Shown here: positions 14,960 through 27,620 of the stretch, piece by piece | Layout: each line of letters opens with the position of its first letter | Numbering within the stretch: position 1 is the first letter of the stretch | Origin: Vicugna vicugna | Lineage: Eukaryota | Direction: 5' to 3' | DNA: 64,000 nucleotides | NCBI GenBank assembly: GCA_013265495.1 | Contig: MU057651.1 | Span: 1,003,674 to 1,067,673, forward strand | Program-made: the position numbers and the translations under genes | The notes under the pieces: generated by a model | What the model saw: the letters and a program-made list of their open reading frames with translations, nothing else | Databases searched by the model: none | Told to the model about the DNA's origin: nothing

Positions 14960-15049
14960 GCATCCTCCAGCACTTCCACATTGAGAAGATCTCCAAGAGG
15001 ATGTTTGAGGAGCTCCCTCACTTCAAGCTGGTGACGAGGACAACCCTGA
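14960..15049 (+). CDS. CHRDL1: CHRDL1 coding exon ([30 protein letters not shown])
   Basis: Protein match; acceptor ccccag|GC; donor CTGA|gtaagt; 90 nt. Confidence 0.97.
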
Positions 15050-18000
15050 GTAAGTGGGGACTCTCTTTACTCCTCCCTGGAAAACACACCTAGTTTTTAC
15101 TGTAGCCTAGTTCTAAACAAAGTACCCTCCAGCCCCCGCCCCATATTCTCAGTAAACAGGAGCAATGCTCAGTGTCAACATTAGGGGCTATTCTCTCTCT
15201 CCAGGTGACTAAACCCAGAGTCTCAAAAGGGTTGGAGAAAGCTTACAAGATTCTAGGTCTGGTACATCTGTGCAAACTTCACATCTGGAAGGCTCTTCCC
15301 TAGCTGATGGGGATGAGAGAAAAATTAATGTATATCAATTCTTGTGTTGCATCAAAGCTCCGTTTGACTCTCTGGAACGGCCCCAGGTGGTCATGTTTCT
15401 TTAAAAACGCTCAGGCCGACTCAGGCTCTCCCACTTCCTACGCTAGATGGAGCCTGGGGCTAGAGCCTGCAGGCGCTGGTGGGTGGGGAGTACTTCTGAA
15501 AGAATAAAAGGCACAAAATTTCTGTCCACAGGGAATTCTAATGGGCGAGACAGAACATGAAAATGCCTTCACTATGTATTAGCATAGTTCTGAAGAGTTA
15601 AATACCTAAGAGCTCAGAGGGATCTGCAAAGAACGAGATGAGAGCCAGATGGGCTTAGTTGGGGAAGGCTTCGGGGAGGAGGTGGGTTTTGAAAGAGAAG
15701 GGTGTGACTGGGCAACAGGACAGGAAATCAGTCCAGGAAGAGGGTGCAGCCTAAGAGAAGACTCAGACGGGAGCAAACAAGAAATGTGAGTGTGGATGGG
15801 TGCGTGGGTATGGGTGAGGAAGAATTACAAAGGCCACAGACGGTGCACTGAAATACAAGAAGAATTGTAGGCAGGGAGTAGTCAGAGGGCCTGGAAGAAA
15901 CCAGTGAGAAGTTCAGGTAGGAGGCAAGTAGCGTGGGTAGTTGCTGCAAAATTCCACACAGCATAGTAGTTTCAAACTGGTGTTTTGGGAAGATGTCTCT
16001 CAGCTGTCGGAGGCATTTATGAAGCACCTACTTTGATGAAGCCATATTCTAAAGAGCCCAGTATGCCATGCTAAGAAGTTGGACTTGATCTCCAGACCAG
16101 AGAACCCCAGTGGGGGGTTTTAAGCAAGTGAACAATGCGTTCAGATCTGTTTTTTAGAAAGTGATACTTGCTATATGAAGTGGAAGTTGGGCTTTTATTG
16201 AGAGAGCTGGTGATAGTCTGTAGGAAGCTGTTAGACTGTATGAAGTTGGTTAGATGGAAGGAGGAGTTCCTGGGACAGACAGCTCTGAGGTTAGATCATC
16301 AAGATCAGTATGAAAGAGAGAAATGAGTTTGGAATGACTCCAATGTCAACAACTTTATAGACGAGGTGGATAGTAGTACCATTCACCAACAGGAAACTCT
16401 GGAGAATGAATGGGTATTGGTGGGAAAAAAAAATGAGTTTTACTTGGAACATGTTTCGATTAAAATGCTTGAAGGCTATTTGAGTAGAGTGATCCAATAG
16501 GCAGCTGGAAATAAGGTTGATGAGGTCAATGGTTTATTCTGCTCGAGACTGGTAGACAATACCTGGACAGTAGGAGGATTCAGATGGAGTAGTTGGGAGT
16601 CCTTACGAGTAAGGAATAAAGGAGGCAGAGCCTAAGATTCCAGGATCAATGATGTGACTTTTGAAATTACCAATTAATTACCAAGAACATATTTTTGTTC
16701 ATACTGTAAGCAAGGCACTGTGCTAGGCACTAGGGTACCTGAAAGATGATTTTAACAAACTGCCCATCACAGTTAGGATATGTGGTATCTAATGGAGGTA
16801 GCTGGTATCTGCCTTTAACTGTGTGCAGCTGAAGGAAGTGGGTATGAATGAGATGATCCTGCAGGGTCACCTGAGGGCAGAGAAGAACAAGCCTGACCCC
16901 TGTATATAATGTGCCTATCAGATCCTGGCACGCCATAGGGCTTCAGTAAAAGCTGGTTCTTTGCCCAACTTATCTCTCCTTTCCCATCGAGTCTGAGAGA
17001 ATAGAGAAAAGTGAAGAATCTAAGGGAGAAAGGACCAGAGAAATGGAGGCTATAAGGAAGGGGGTCATGGTCTCCTGTGGCTAGGAAAAAAAAAGAGGTT
17101 CAACATCAATTTTGGATTAAGAGGAGCTTGCTGACCTTGGACTGGGAGTTCTCCAGGTTGCAACACCACAAGAGCATGAAAAGAAGACTGAAGAGGAGAT
17201 CCAGGATGGGCATTTTGTTAGGAAGGTTAGTTGACAGAGCAAGATGATAGCAGGAGGAGGAAGATCTTGCCACTGCGGGACCAGTGAGAGTTAGAAAAGG
17301 GATGGTCCAGAGACATCGGGTGGTTTCCAGCACTCAGCACAGGGTGTGCACTCAAAAATGTTTGCTCAGTTAGCATGCAGTATGGTGAACAAAGAAGTTG
17401 ATAAGGACACGTTGGAAGTGTGGACAGTTCCATAGTGAAGGGGGAGGAGAAAACAGAGAATGGAAGGAAACACGAGCAGGGATGACAGGGAACAGAAGGG
17501 ATGCAGCCGTGTTCATCCAGAGCAGAGAGGAATCACATGGGGAATGTGAGGATGGACCTTTCTAAGGAGCCATAGGAAGGTGAGGGCCACTCAAAGTGGT
17601 GTAAAGACAGTGTGTGGGCATCAGAGAAAGCAGAGGGGAACCGTTTTTAACAGAGTGGCAAGAATAGAGAAAACAGCAGTAAATAATCAAGTAACCCAAA
17701 CTAATATTCAGACCTCAAAGAGCAAGCAAAGCTCAGGGATGCACCAGGAACTGTTCTCCAAAGTGTCTTATTTGACCTGGTGCCAAGTGATCCACCTAAT
17801 AGCTCACAACCTGATAGTGGAGCATTTTGCGAATGCTAAACAGACTGTAAAAATCACAAGAGTAGTACTTAGGTTTTACTCCCGAGGAAGCAGTTATGTA
17901 TTCTTGGGATTGTTAGAAATGTTGTGCATTGAAATGAAGGCTCTGAGGGTCATTTTCCATATCTGTCCCCAGAAAAATGTTTTGGGGGCTGTTGGGCTGT

Positions 18001-18084
18001 AAGCACATGACGCCTGTATTCCAGCTCCCCTGGCGGGTCCGGGAGTGGGTGGGGAAGGATGTGGTATATAGATTATACTCCTAA

Positions 18085-18267
<183 letters not shown>

Positions 18268-18922
18268 ACGAGACAGACAGTATTGGAGAGGGTATAGCAG
18301 GAAAACTCAAGCTGCAGCTGGACTGCAGGCTTACTTTGCTTAAGTCAACAGGGCCCTGAAACCCCAAACTCAAATGCAGTTAATTACTCACGCCATGCAC
18401 AGCATAACTTGCTCCTTTATTGGAGTGGTGTGTCAGCCCTTAAACAGTTCCTCTGAAGAGACTAGAAGAGTCTTGAATTAGCTATGGGAGGAAGAGGGCC
18501 AGAACACCACAACACTGCTGTAGTTTCTGGGAGAATCACATTTCTTTACAGATTAAGGAGTAAACAAACCACCCCCCAACCCCATCCCCGGGTTTCTATC
18601 TAGAAAGTTATTCCAGTGAGAGAAACTGAAGGGAATTACTTCGTAGGAGGAGTTCTGTAGTACAGAGAAAATATTTGTATGAAATTCTACTCTTCAAACT
18701 TTAGATGTCTTGTGTTTTAAAAAAAATTAACTCCCAACTTCACACACACACGTGCACACACCCAGGCACACACACTAAACTAGAGCCTTCACCTTGAGGC
18801 AAGGCCAGCACAGTCTCTTCCCTCCTTTCTGTTGCCTGGCTCCCAAGTCGCTTGGCCGTGTTTGGTACCCAGGAGGATAAGTAAGGCATCGTGAGCACAA
18901 GGCTCTGCCCTTAGGTCTGCAG

Positions 18923-18972
18923 TGTGGTTGCTGAAGTCACCAACTCATGTGGTTGTTGAAGTCACCAAGTCT
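18923..18972 (+). repeat. 25-bp tandem duplication in CHRDL1 3' UTR
   Basis: tgtggttgctgaagtcaccaactca / tgtggttgttgaagtcaccaagtct (3 mismatches). Confidence 0.9.
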
Positions 18973-20089
18973 GGTGAAGAATAAGAACACCATTGCATGG
19001 CTGCCTTCACTTTGAAGTGGGGAATAACTTCCTCGTGACACCACTTCTCTTTTCTTCCCGAACTTATGGGGCCTCTATAAAGAAGTTAGAATTGGGTAAA
19101 AGTTTTCAGAAACTGAAGACAAAATAATTGTTGAAGAAAGGAATTAATAGCAGTCAACAGGCTGGCCATGTTTTCAAGTCAGTAAAACTCACCAATTAAC
19201 AGCTCAATCCTCACTTATTTTCTTGAGGTCCTAGTTTTCTAGTCCAAAATTTTCAGTTAAATGATTAAATTCTAGAAGCTCTTTAAAAGGGCAGTTTTCT
19301 CTTCTTCAACTGCAGGAGTTGATTTTTACTTTGTAAAGGAGCTCAGTCCTCACAAGCTTCTGAACGGCGGCTCTTCAGTTAGAATTATTGCTCATCTGGG
19401 GAGGTGGGGATTCTGATAACATTCTTTATGCTAAACCTTCCACTGAGCACGGATTTGAACCATGGATCCCAGAGAAGCCTGCTCTGAAAATGTCTACTTG
19501 CAGCCCGATACCAGAGCCTAAACGATCCATTCTGAGGCCTGGCTTTAGAAATCACCTTTGTGGGAAAACTGTACATTCTCCATAGCGGGACGCTCAGGCC
19601 TGCCTTCTACATTGACCTCCTTGGAGGGGGCATGAATGAACTCTAGTGAATACTTAGAAAAGGTAGGGACTAAGAAATGCCATATTTCCTACTCTGTGAT
19701 CATGGGTAAAAGGAACTCCCCCACCCTTAATTTGACACCAGTAGGGAAAAATGTAAAATGTCCAGTCTTTCTGGCAACCTGACATAAAGAAGTCTGTTCT
19801 CAGAAAAGAGACACAGGGGCCCAGTGGCCAGGCCTTCATGGGAGCAGCCTCTTACAAGCCCCCCAGACATTCTCCTGGGGAAGAGGAAGTAGGACATCCA
19901 GGGCTGAAAGGCCACAGGGCATTACTGGAGGTGGGAGGGTGTGGATGAGGTTAAGTAGCCTCTGCTCCCCTCCCAGAGGTGGCAGCCTTTCCATAGCGTG
20001 GAAACAAGTCACCGAATCCCGAGGCAAAGCAGTGATTTCCCCTCCTGGATGACCCACCCCAAAGCCTTCCCACCCAGGTGTTCTCTGAA

Positions 20090-20370
20090 AGCTCAACCTT
20101 AAGGGAACACCCAGGGAGCTTCCCTAGATAGACTCCTGCCGCCAGGTGCTGGGACACACCTCTGCCAAGTGCTGTGTGAAGCAGGAGCTGGGGAGCTGTG
20201 CTAAGCCAGCGTCGAAACCCTCCAGTGTTCGGTATCGTGTCGGGAGTGGGGCATAAGGAGAAGAGGCCAAGCCGCCTGTAGTCAGTGGACAGGAATGGAT
20301 GTGGTTCTTCTTGTGTATTTATTTGTACCATAAACACTTGGAACAACAAAGCCCATAAGCACCACTTAGC
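20090..20370 (-). mobile_element. Decayed non-LTR RT remnant inside CHRDL1 3' UTR
   Basis: TDYRRLGLFSL...GGFRRWLSTAPQLLL...AAGVYLGKL ~ SNYRPISLLS...GFRRGHSTTHQLL...GAVFLDL (by eye). Confidence 0.55.
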
Positions 20371-20509
20371 AGTTGTAGCCATTTAATAGTTAACTCACGT
20401 AAACAAGTAAGAGTAACATAACAGTATTACCCTTTCACTCTTCTCACAGGACATGTACCTAAACATGGTACTTATTTATGTAGTCACTGTATTTCTGGAT
20501 TTTTAAATT

Positions 20510-20515
20510 AATAAA
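20510..20515 (+). terminator. CHRDL1 polyadenylation signal
   Basis: AATAAA with U-rich upstream sequence and GU-rich downstream element (gttgtgtgagtg, ~20548-20559). Confidence 0.85.
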
Positions 20516-20695
20516 AAAGTTAATTTTGAAAAACCCTGTGCAGGAATGTTGTGTGAGTGATTGACTCTCTGGGCAGTGCTGACCTCGGACTGGGTAACAG
20601 GTGATGGGTGGGCCTGGCTGTTGCACACTCAGCTTGACACCCCTCTGACACTACAGCATCACAGTTAGGAGTGAGAACTTTGCAGTCAGATGACC

Positions 20696-20928
20696 TTTAC
20701 TAAGTGAAGTAAGCCAGAAAGAGAAAGAAGAATAGCATATGATATCACTTATATGTGGAATCTAAAAACAGTAGGACACAAAGGAACTGATTTACGGAAC
20801 AGAGATAGACTCTCAGACACAGAAAACAAACTTATGGGTTACCGGGGAGGAAGGGGTGGGAAGGGATAGATTAGGAGTTCGAGATTTGCACTTCCTAACT
20901 ACTGTAAGTAAAATAGATAAACAACAAG
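20696..20928 (+). mobile_element. L1 3' UTR fragment (lineage-specific type)
   Basis: ctaagtgaagtaagccagaaagagaaagaa...atcacttatatgtggaatctaaaaa...gaaaacaaacttatgg. Confidence 0.85.
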
Positions 20929-21124
20929 CAATAAATTCTTTTTAAATTAAGATATGTGCATTGTTTAGATATAATGCCATTGCACACTCATAGACTACAG
21001 TATAGTGTAAACATAACTTCGATATATACCAGGAAACCAAAAAATGTGACTTGCTTTATTGCTGTATTTGCTTTATTGCAGAGGTCTGGAACCGAACCTG
21101 CAATATCTCTGAGATCTGCCCATG
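20926..21124 (+). mobile_element. Tigger1 right-end fragment
   Basis: tagactacagtatagtgtaaacataac...tttattgcagaggtctggaaccgaacctgcaatatctctgag resembles the Tigger1 3' terminus. Confidence 0.8.
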
Positions 21125-22237
21125 TAACCCCGCAAGATAGACATGAGGCTCTACTCATTTCTCCTTTGATGCACATGAACTGCTTTTATTCCCTCAGTGA
21201 ATCCCTCATGCAAACTGACTTCAGGGGGCCTACCCCACAGTCTATCAAGCAAGTTCAGATACCTCTGAAACGTCCCAGTGGAAAGCAAGAAGTCTTTGAA
21301 TGCAGAGCTCAAGCCACAGCACACAGTCTCCCCAATATTTCATACATATTTATGACTTTGTGCCTTTGTATGTGCTTTCCCACAGCTAGGAAATCCGTCC
21401 CACTTCTTTGCCTGGCAAACTCCTACTCATCCTTCAAGACCCAATCCAAATGTCACCTCTGTGGAGCCTTGCTAGCTCCCCACCTGGTTTGCCAGCATTT
21501 CCCCTTTCTCCTTATGTACTGTCCTCCAATTATGCCAACTCAATTTTCCTAGAACTTACTGTGTCCTTAGTACTTCTGTGTCTTTGCACACAGCTCTGTT
21601 TGCCTGGAACGTTCATCCTCTGATGTCTCTACTTCACAAACACCTACTCGTCTTTTAAAACTCACATTGCTCTTCTCAGACCTCATCCACCTCTTTCAGG
21701 CACAGTTAGTTGTTTCCCTAGGAAATAGCAACCAAAACACTAACTCTGTGCCAGCCACTGTGGTCATCAATCGACGTGCATGTTTTCCTAGTTAATCCTC
21801 ACCACAGCCCTATGTGATAGGGCCCATCATTGACCCTATTTTAGAGATGAGGACATGGAGTGCATTCATCTTTTACATGCCATCATGTGTTAAAATGTGA
21901 AGCATTTGCTCCGCCACAGTCTCCCTGAGGAGTCTGGAGAGCTCCGAGAGGGCAGGGACCTGGTGCCCAGCACTTCCAGACATTCAGTAAATATTTGCCA
22001 AGTGAATAGTCAGTCTGATGGGATTCTTTCTTCAGTTCGGAAAGAAAGCAGTCCAGGGATTATTTAAATATCCAGGGGCTAGGCAGGCCTTCGGGACATT
22101 TTCTCTGTACCTAAGGGAGACGAATAAGATCTGGGTAAACAAACACAAGTGAAAAGGTGCTTGTTTGCCTTGCCAAATGATTTGCCATAGCCGTCTTTTG
22201 AAATTACTGATAAATATTGGATTTACACATAGATTTT

Positions 22238-22286
22238 AAAACATAATTGAAACATAAAACATAACTGAAACATAAAACATAAATTG
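22238..22286 (+). repeat. 18-bp tandem repeat, ~2.7 copies
   Basis: aaaacataattgaaacat / aaaacataactgaaacat / aaaacataaattg. Confidence 0.9.
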
Positions 22287-25033
22287 TTTTTTTTTTTTAC
22301 TTCTTAAAGCAAGATGTCCCCGCATTTGCAGTACAGGCCTCACAGCTGTGAAGGATTCTTACTTCAAGAATATGGATGGTAAGCAGTATCTGTATTTCTA
22401 CATATACTACCTATATCATAATGTAATATTTAGAGTAGCTATAGTACATATTACAACACTTAGATCTCGCTCTATCTGTGTGTGTGAGTAATTAGGCTCC
22501 CACATGATGTATATAAAGCCTTCACAAAATGGACAATACAGGAGACCCAAGGCCTGCTTCAAGTTAATGCAGACAAGAGGAGTTCTGAGCTGCCTCCAAG
22601 TATATGAAGTCCCCAATCTAGGAATGAAATATTGGCCTCCAATTTAGCATCCAGAATGCATTTTCTCATAGAAACATCATTCTATTCGATGCTCAGATCT
22701 CCCAGACAGTCGGCACAAGCCTCTTGAACCCTGAATGTAGCCAAGTTATATAGAGCACTAATTAGTGCCTGCTTAAGCTGGGTCCTGGTGGCAAGGGCAG
22801 GTGGTGAGGAGAGAGAAGCAACCAGGGAGTGTCCTTTCAATTTTCTGGGTGGGACGGGTGAAGGGGGGATGAAGAGCAGGCTCCAGGCAAAATTTCAAAG
22901 AAGGTAAAGCCTCCTCTATTCATTTCATCACGAGCTCCCCGGGTCCCCAGTGCCGACGTCCCCTTTTCACATCCCGCCATCCCACCCAGGCCTGCCTTGC
23001 TCAGCAAAGAACCTTGGGCTCTGCCGTTACCAACATCGCTCAACAAACAGAACCGAATGCCTTCAGGGCAGCTGTCCGGGCCTTCAGAATGAAGCGGGCA
23101 GCAGCAAGCAGGTTCAGTGAAGTGAATGAGACTCGCTTAGCCCTCACTTACCTCTTCACTCACTTTTAAAGACTTTATTACTGTTTATTGTGCTCAAAAT
23201 GAATTCCCCAAGAACAAAATTACAGGCAGGGGGCTGGAGTGAGTAAAAGCCTTCTGGCCACGGGGCAATGGAGGCAGTAGGAGGGAGTTATTTTTAGGGG
23301 GTGGGGGTTGATATTTGGGCAGGAGGGAGGAAGTAGGTGGCACCAAGTAAGCAAACCTTTCCTACCTCTCCTGTGAGAGCATCTGTCTGAGGAAACACTG
23401 CAGAAGGGCTTTAGCCATTTTCTGTCCTGCGATCAAGACGTTCACCTCTGTTCAGAGACTCAGCAAAATTAAAAACAAAATAAAATAAGAAGTGTAGGGT
23501 CAAACCTTGCAGGCAGTCCACCCCAATCAGGAAACCAAGAGGAGACAGAGAGCTAATAGATGCAAACAATTCAGACTTATTTCCCTTTCTCCCTGCTTTC
23601 GATATCTCTTAATCTCAGTTTCCTTTTCTGTAAAACGGGGGAAAGAATAATCTCTACCTCATAGGGTTATGGTGAATCTTAAATGACATTGTGTAAAGTG
23701 CTTATGATAGTGGCTGGCACATAACAAAGGCACAGTAAATTCCAGAGGTTTTTTTTTATTATTACTAGGTGAACTGTTTGTTCTTGAACTTTAGTAGTTC
23801 AGAGAAAGGGGAAAGCAGTCTAGGCTTGGTTATTTCAGGCAGAAAGTGGAGTCTAAGCCTGGTTTTGAAGGACGTGCCAACCTGGGATAGCCAAAAGGAG
23901 GTCTTGGTATAGAAAAGAAGAGAGGATGTCCTCGCACGACTTCAGCCAGGATTTAGTAAGAGCAAGAATCTGACTTTAGTGCTCAGGAGAGAAGGAATAA
24001 ATTTTCCCACTAGAAACTGAGCACTGTGGCTGCCGCATTTAGTTTTAAAGTGTCATCACATGACTACGAGGTAGGAAAACCTGGTTTACCACTTTGTTTT
24101 GCTCTGAAAAATGATCTGGAGGTCGTTGTTGACCATAATGTCAATAAAAGCCATGGTGTGACAGGTGACTTGGCTATTTGCGGTGCTTATTGACTTGTTG
24201 GCTGTAGTAAGAGGAAAGCTTCCATTCATCCACCAGCTATTTATGGAACACCTACAGAGGGCCAGGCACCCCGCTTGGTTCTACAACAGTGAGCAAGATC
24301 AACCTGGCATTTGCATGCACTAAGGTTACAGTCCACCAGAGAATACGGATTCTGGACAAGTAATTCCAAGTGTGATGGGTGGGATGAAAGAGTTAGTCCA
24401 AAGCGCTAGGAGAGTGTGTCGTGGGGGCTTGTCCTCATCATGGAAGGGTAAAGAAGACTTCCTTGAGGAAATGACATGAGAGGCGAGGCTTAAAGTCTTA
24501 GGAGTTGGGGTTTCATACTCTATGTTGTTTGAAAACAAGGTTTCACTGCTTTAAAGGAATTTGAACAAGCATTGGACAAAAGCATTGATTCTTTAGCTGA
24601 GTCCAGTTACACTGCCGGTGCTCCGAGTCGGGAGTGCTAGGTACCCACTGCAAATCCCACCCCCATAAAGAAATTCCACCAAGGAAAGTAGATAGCAGAG
24701 CCCCAAGAGGATGGAACACAAGATAGAGAGATTTTGATGAAGGAGCTAGATATGAATGTGAACTGTTACCTGAAAAGTCAGCATTAAGCATGGCTCCCCA
24801 AGCTGGATGAGGGGACTAGTTACATGCTGGAGTTGGGAGAGTGGCATACCAAAGTGACAAGTATTTTATCTCTGACACTGTTTAGAATTGCTAGAGCATG
24901 GTAAAAATTCAAATCTGACTAAGTTTTAGTCGATTCCATTGTTTTCAACTTCTCCAGAGACAATGCACCCACTTGTTGACTGCACCCTGTGGACCACTCC
25001 CACCCTCCACTCTCTCACCCCCACCCCGCCATA

Positions 25034-25051
25034 TGCCACTAGGTGGCAGTC
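25034..25051 (+). promoter_or_regulatory. CTCF-binding motif
   Basis: TGCCACTAGGTGGCAGTC matches the CCASYAGRKGGCRS core exactly; binding not shown. Confidence 0.6.
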
Positions 25052-25213
25052 AGACAGAGGTTGGAGAAAGGCAGACATAAAATTTTCAGGCCAGTTCTCA
25101 AGAGCCTTTTACTCTGCAATACTAAGAAAATAATTTCTCTGGCGTACCTCTGGGGGTATGGCCTCTTCTTAAGCCACTAAAGTCATTGTACATTTGCCTT
25201 GTTAGTGCCAAAG

Positions 25214-26290
25214 AAAGTAGCCATTGATGACCTGAAGGTCAGGCAGAAAGGAGAACTGAGGCAATGAGTTGATTGTCAGGCAACCCAAAACCCCCTTATG
25301 CAGTGACTGGCCGATTGTTTCCTCAAATGTCTCTTTTGCTTTGGCTAGTGGAGACCCAGTCTGAGTATGATTACTCTCCTGGATCTGAAACAAAGACACA
25401 ATCACATGGGGTGGGATTGGAAAGAACCAGATATTAACCCCAAGCCACAGGCAGGGGGATGCCTGGAGCAAGACAACAGGCTTGAGGAGGCTCTGATGCA
25501 ATGTAACAGGGAAGGAGGGGGATGTTTGGTTGAAAGGAAAAGGTCAGTGTGCATTTGAAGTCGGAGTTGTGGCCTATGGGACGCCCTGAAGTTTTGAAGA
25601 CTGAGGACAAGCTCCAAGAATATTGAGACATTCTGGCAATGTTGAAAAGGGAACCCCTCCAGAAAAACACAAGACAACTCGAGCTGATTAAACGGCTCTG
25701 GATAAAAAGTGGGACTCTGGATTGGATGGGATGGGAAAGGTTTGCAAGCAAGTGTAGGGGAAGGAGATTCTGGGAAAGAACAAAGGAAAGGAGAAGCTCA
25801 AAATGAAATCTAAAGTAGTCTGCTAAGGTTTGGCGGTAGACACTACTATCTCCTTTCAACAAACTAAGAAATGGACAGATTTGGTTTTGGTCACATATTT
25901 GAGAGCCTCCCCTCCCTTTTAGCTTCCACCCTTGGTGCTCAGCATCCTCTTGTTTCCCTTTGAGTGTCTTCCAATGCTGGAAGAAGCTGGAGAACATTTG
26001 GAGTTTGGTTCTTTAGGGTGGTACCAGCCAAACAATAATCCATCAGGTTTTGACCTCTGTCATAAGTACGAAAGGGACACATTTTCCCAAGCAGACATGA
26101 CACCTCAAAGGCTGACCTGTTAAGCCCACTAAACCTGCTCTGGCCATTTTTGATCCCCATTCTGCTTTTAGAATGGAATTGTTCAGAGGCCCATCCTGAA
26201 GGAATTCAACGAATTCAGACTATCGTGTTAATGACTACTGATAATTTGATGCTGTACCAAGTGAAAACTGTGTATCCTATGAAGTAGGAT
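25214..26290 (+). mobile_element. Decayed RTE-like RT, near-complete motif series
   Basis: In order: KVAIDDLK; WDWKEPDINPKPQAG; QCAFEVG; ETFWQC; LELIKRLW; VLSILLF..MLEEA; YERDT (~YADDT); TDNLMLYQVK (by eye). Confidence 0.65.
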
Positions 26291-27397
26291 CATTATTTAA
26301 TTCAGTGATTTCTCAACTTTTTTAAGTCCACATGACTTCTTTTGTGAATCAGATCTTTGTCTGATTATCCCATGATGGTAGTTGTATTTTTTGTATCTGA
26401 TGATTGAGAAACTAGATAATGAAAAAAGTTACTAGGAAATCAGGTACATGTTTAGAAGGTTTTGTGCTTTATTAATCACAACAGCAGCCACATGTGTTTT
26501 ATAAATAAGTAGTAAATATATGTTTGAGACATATTTATCCAAAATAAAGACAATGCTTCGTCCACAGGTGGATTTGCAGGTCCCTGGTTAACCTGAAGGT
26601 TGTGGCCTCAGAATAAGAACCACTGCCTTAACCAGAAGAAATTATTAAAACAAGAAGTTTAATCATTTTGAAAGTTTCATACTGAAGATACTTTTGTGCC
26701 AGCAGGGTAGGGTGGAGCCTCTCTCATCCACCTCACAGATCCATTTTCCATAGGAGGTCTGGGCAGGACTGGTTAATAGATGACAAAACAAAAATGAAAA
26801 CAATGCTCATGTTTCAGGGAGCCGCCCTAAATGTTCGTTTGATCTCCACAAAGACCAATGCTCGAGGAAGCTAGTGGAACACTCAGGGTTTGACTTTTGG
26901 GAGCAAATTTGGCCCAACAATAGGATGGTAATCAAAGTTTGACTACCATCACAAGCACAAAAGAATCAATATCCTCAAGCAGAGCTAATAGAGAAGAGCT
27001 GCATAATTCAGAATATACTAGAAACCACTTAATTGTACAATTTAAAAGGGTGAATTTTACAGTGTGTAAATTATGTCTCAATAAAGGTGTTACTTGAAAA
27101 AACTCAACCATCAGGAGTATTGAGGTCAACACAGTCGCCATATTAAGCTCCCCATATCTGAGCCCCTTGTACCTCTAATATCCACAGCCTATGAACTTAA
27201 GCTGTCCTCAGCTCCACAGAAGGCTGACTCCTATTGATATCATCTCTCTGACTTTGTGTATTCTGAGAAGATGATGATAAAAACAATATTAGGTAGTGAA
27301 GTGGAATGCTCCCTATCTTCCCTTTTTCCAAATGTCAACACCTTTTACTCACTCTTCAGTGCCTTCATGCCATTATTTGTTGTATTTTGTCCAGAGT

Positions 27398-27620
27398 AAG
27401 TGATGGCAAACATTTTCTATAAAGGACCAGATGTAAATATTTTAAGCTTTGTAGGCCATACAGTCAGTCACAACTACTTAATTCTGCCATTACATCATGA
27501 AAGCAGAAATTGAATATATATAAACCAATGGATGTGATTGTGTTCCAATAAATCTATGTCTACAAAAACAAGTGGTAGACTGCATTTGGCCTATGGGCCA
27601 TAGCTTGCCAAACCCTAGTC
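27398..27620. mobile_element. MER58-like hAT MITE
   Basis: ggcaaacattttctataaaggaccagatgtaaatattttaagctttgtaggcc...gggccatagcttgcc. Confidence 0.75.

Larger units (their letters stand above)
18268..20533 (+). other. CHRDL1: CHRDL1 3' UTR (~2.3 kb)
   Basis: Runs from the stop codon to the AATAAA at 20510; cleavage site approximate. Confidence 0.8.

Noticed and set aside
19972..19985. Second CTCF-like site CCCAGAGGTGGCAG
   Set aside because: Three mismatches in the 5' core.
20956..21552. 198-aa ORF as a novel gene
   Set aside because: Crosses Tigger1, an RT-like relic and L2-type sequence; non-ATG start and no coherent protein.
25434..25997. 187-aa minus-strand ORF
   Set aside because: No recognisable protein; antisense to the RT fossil.
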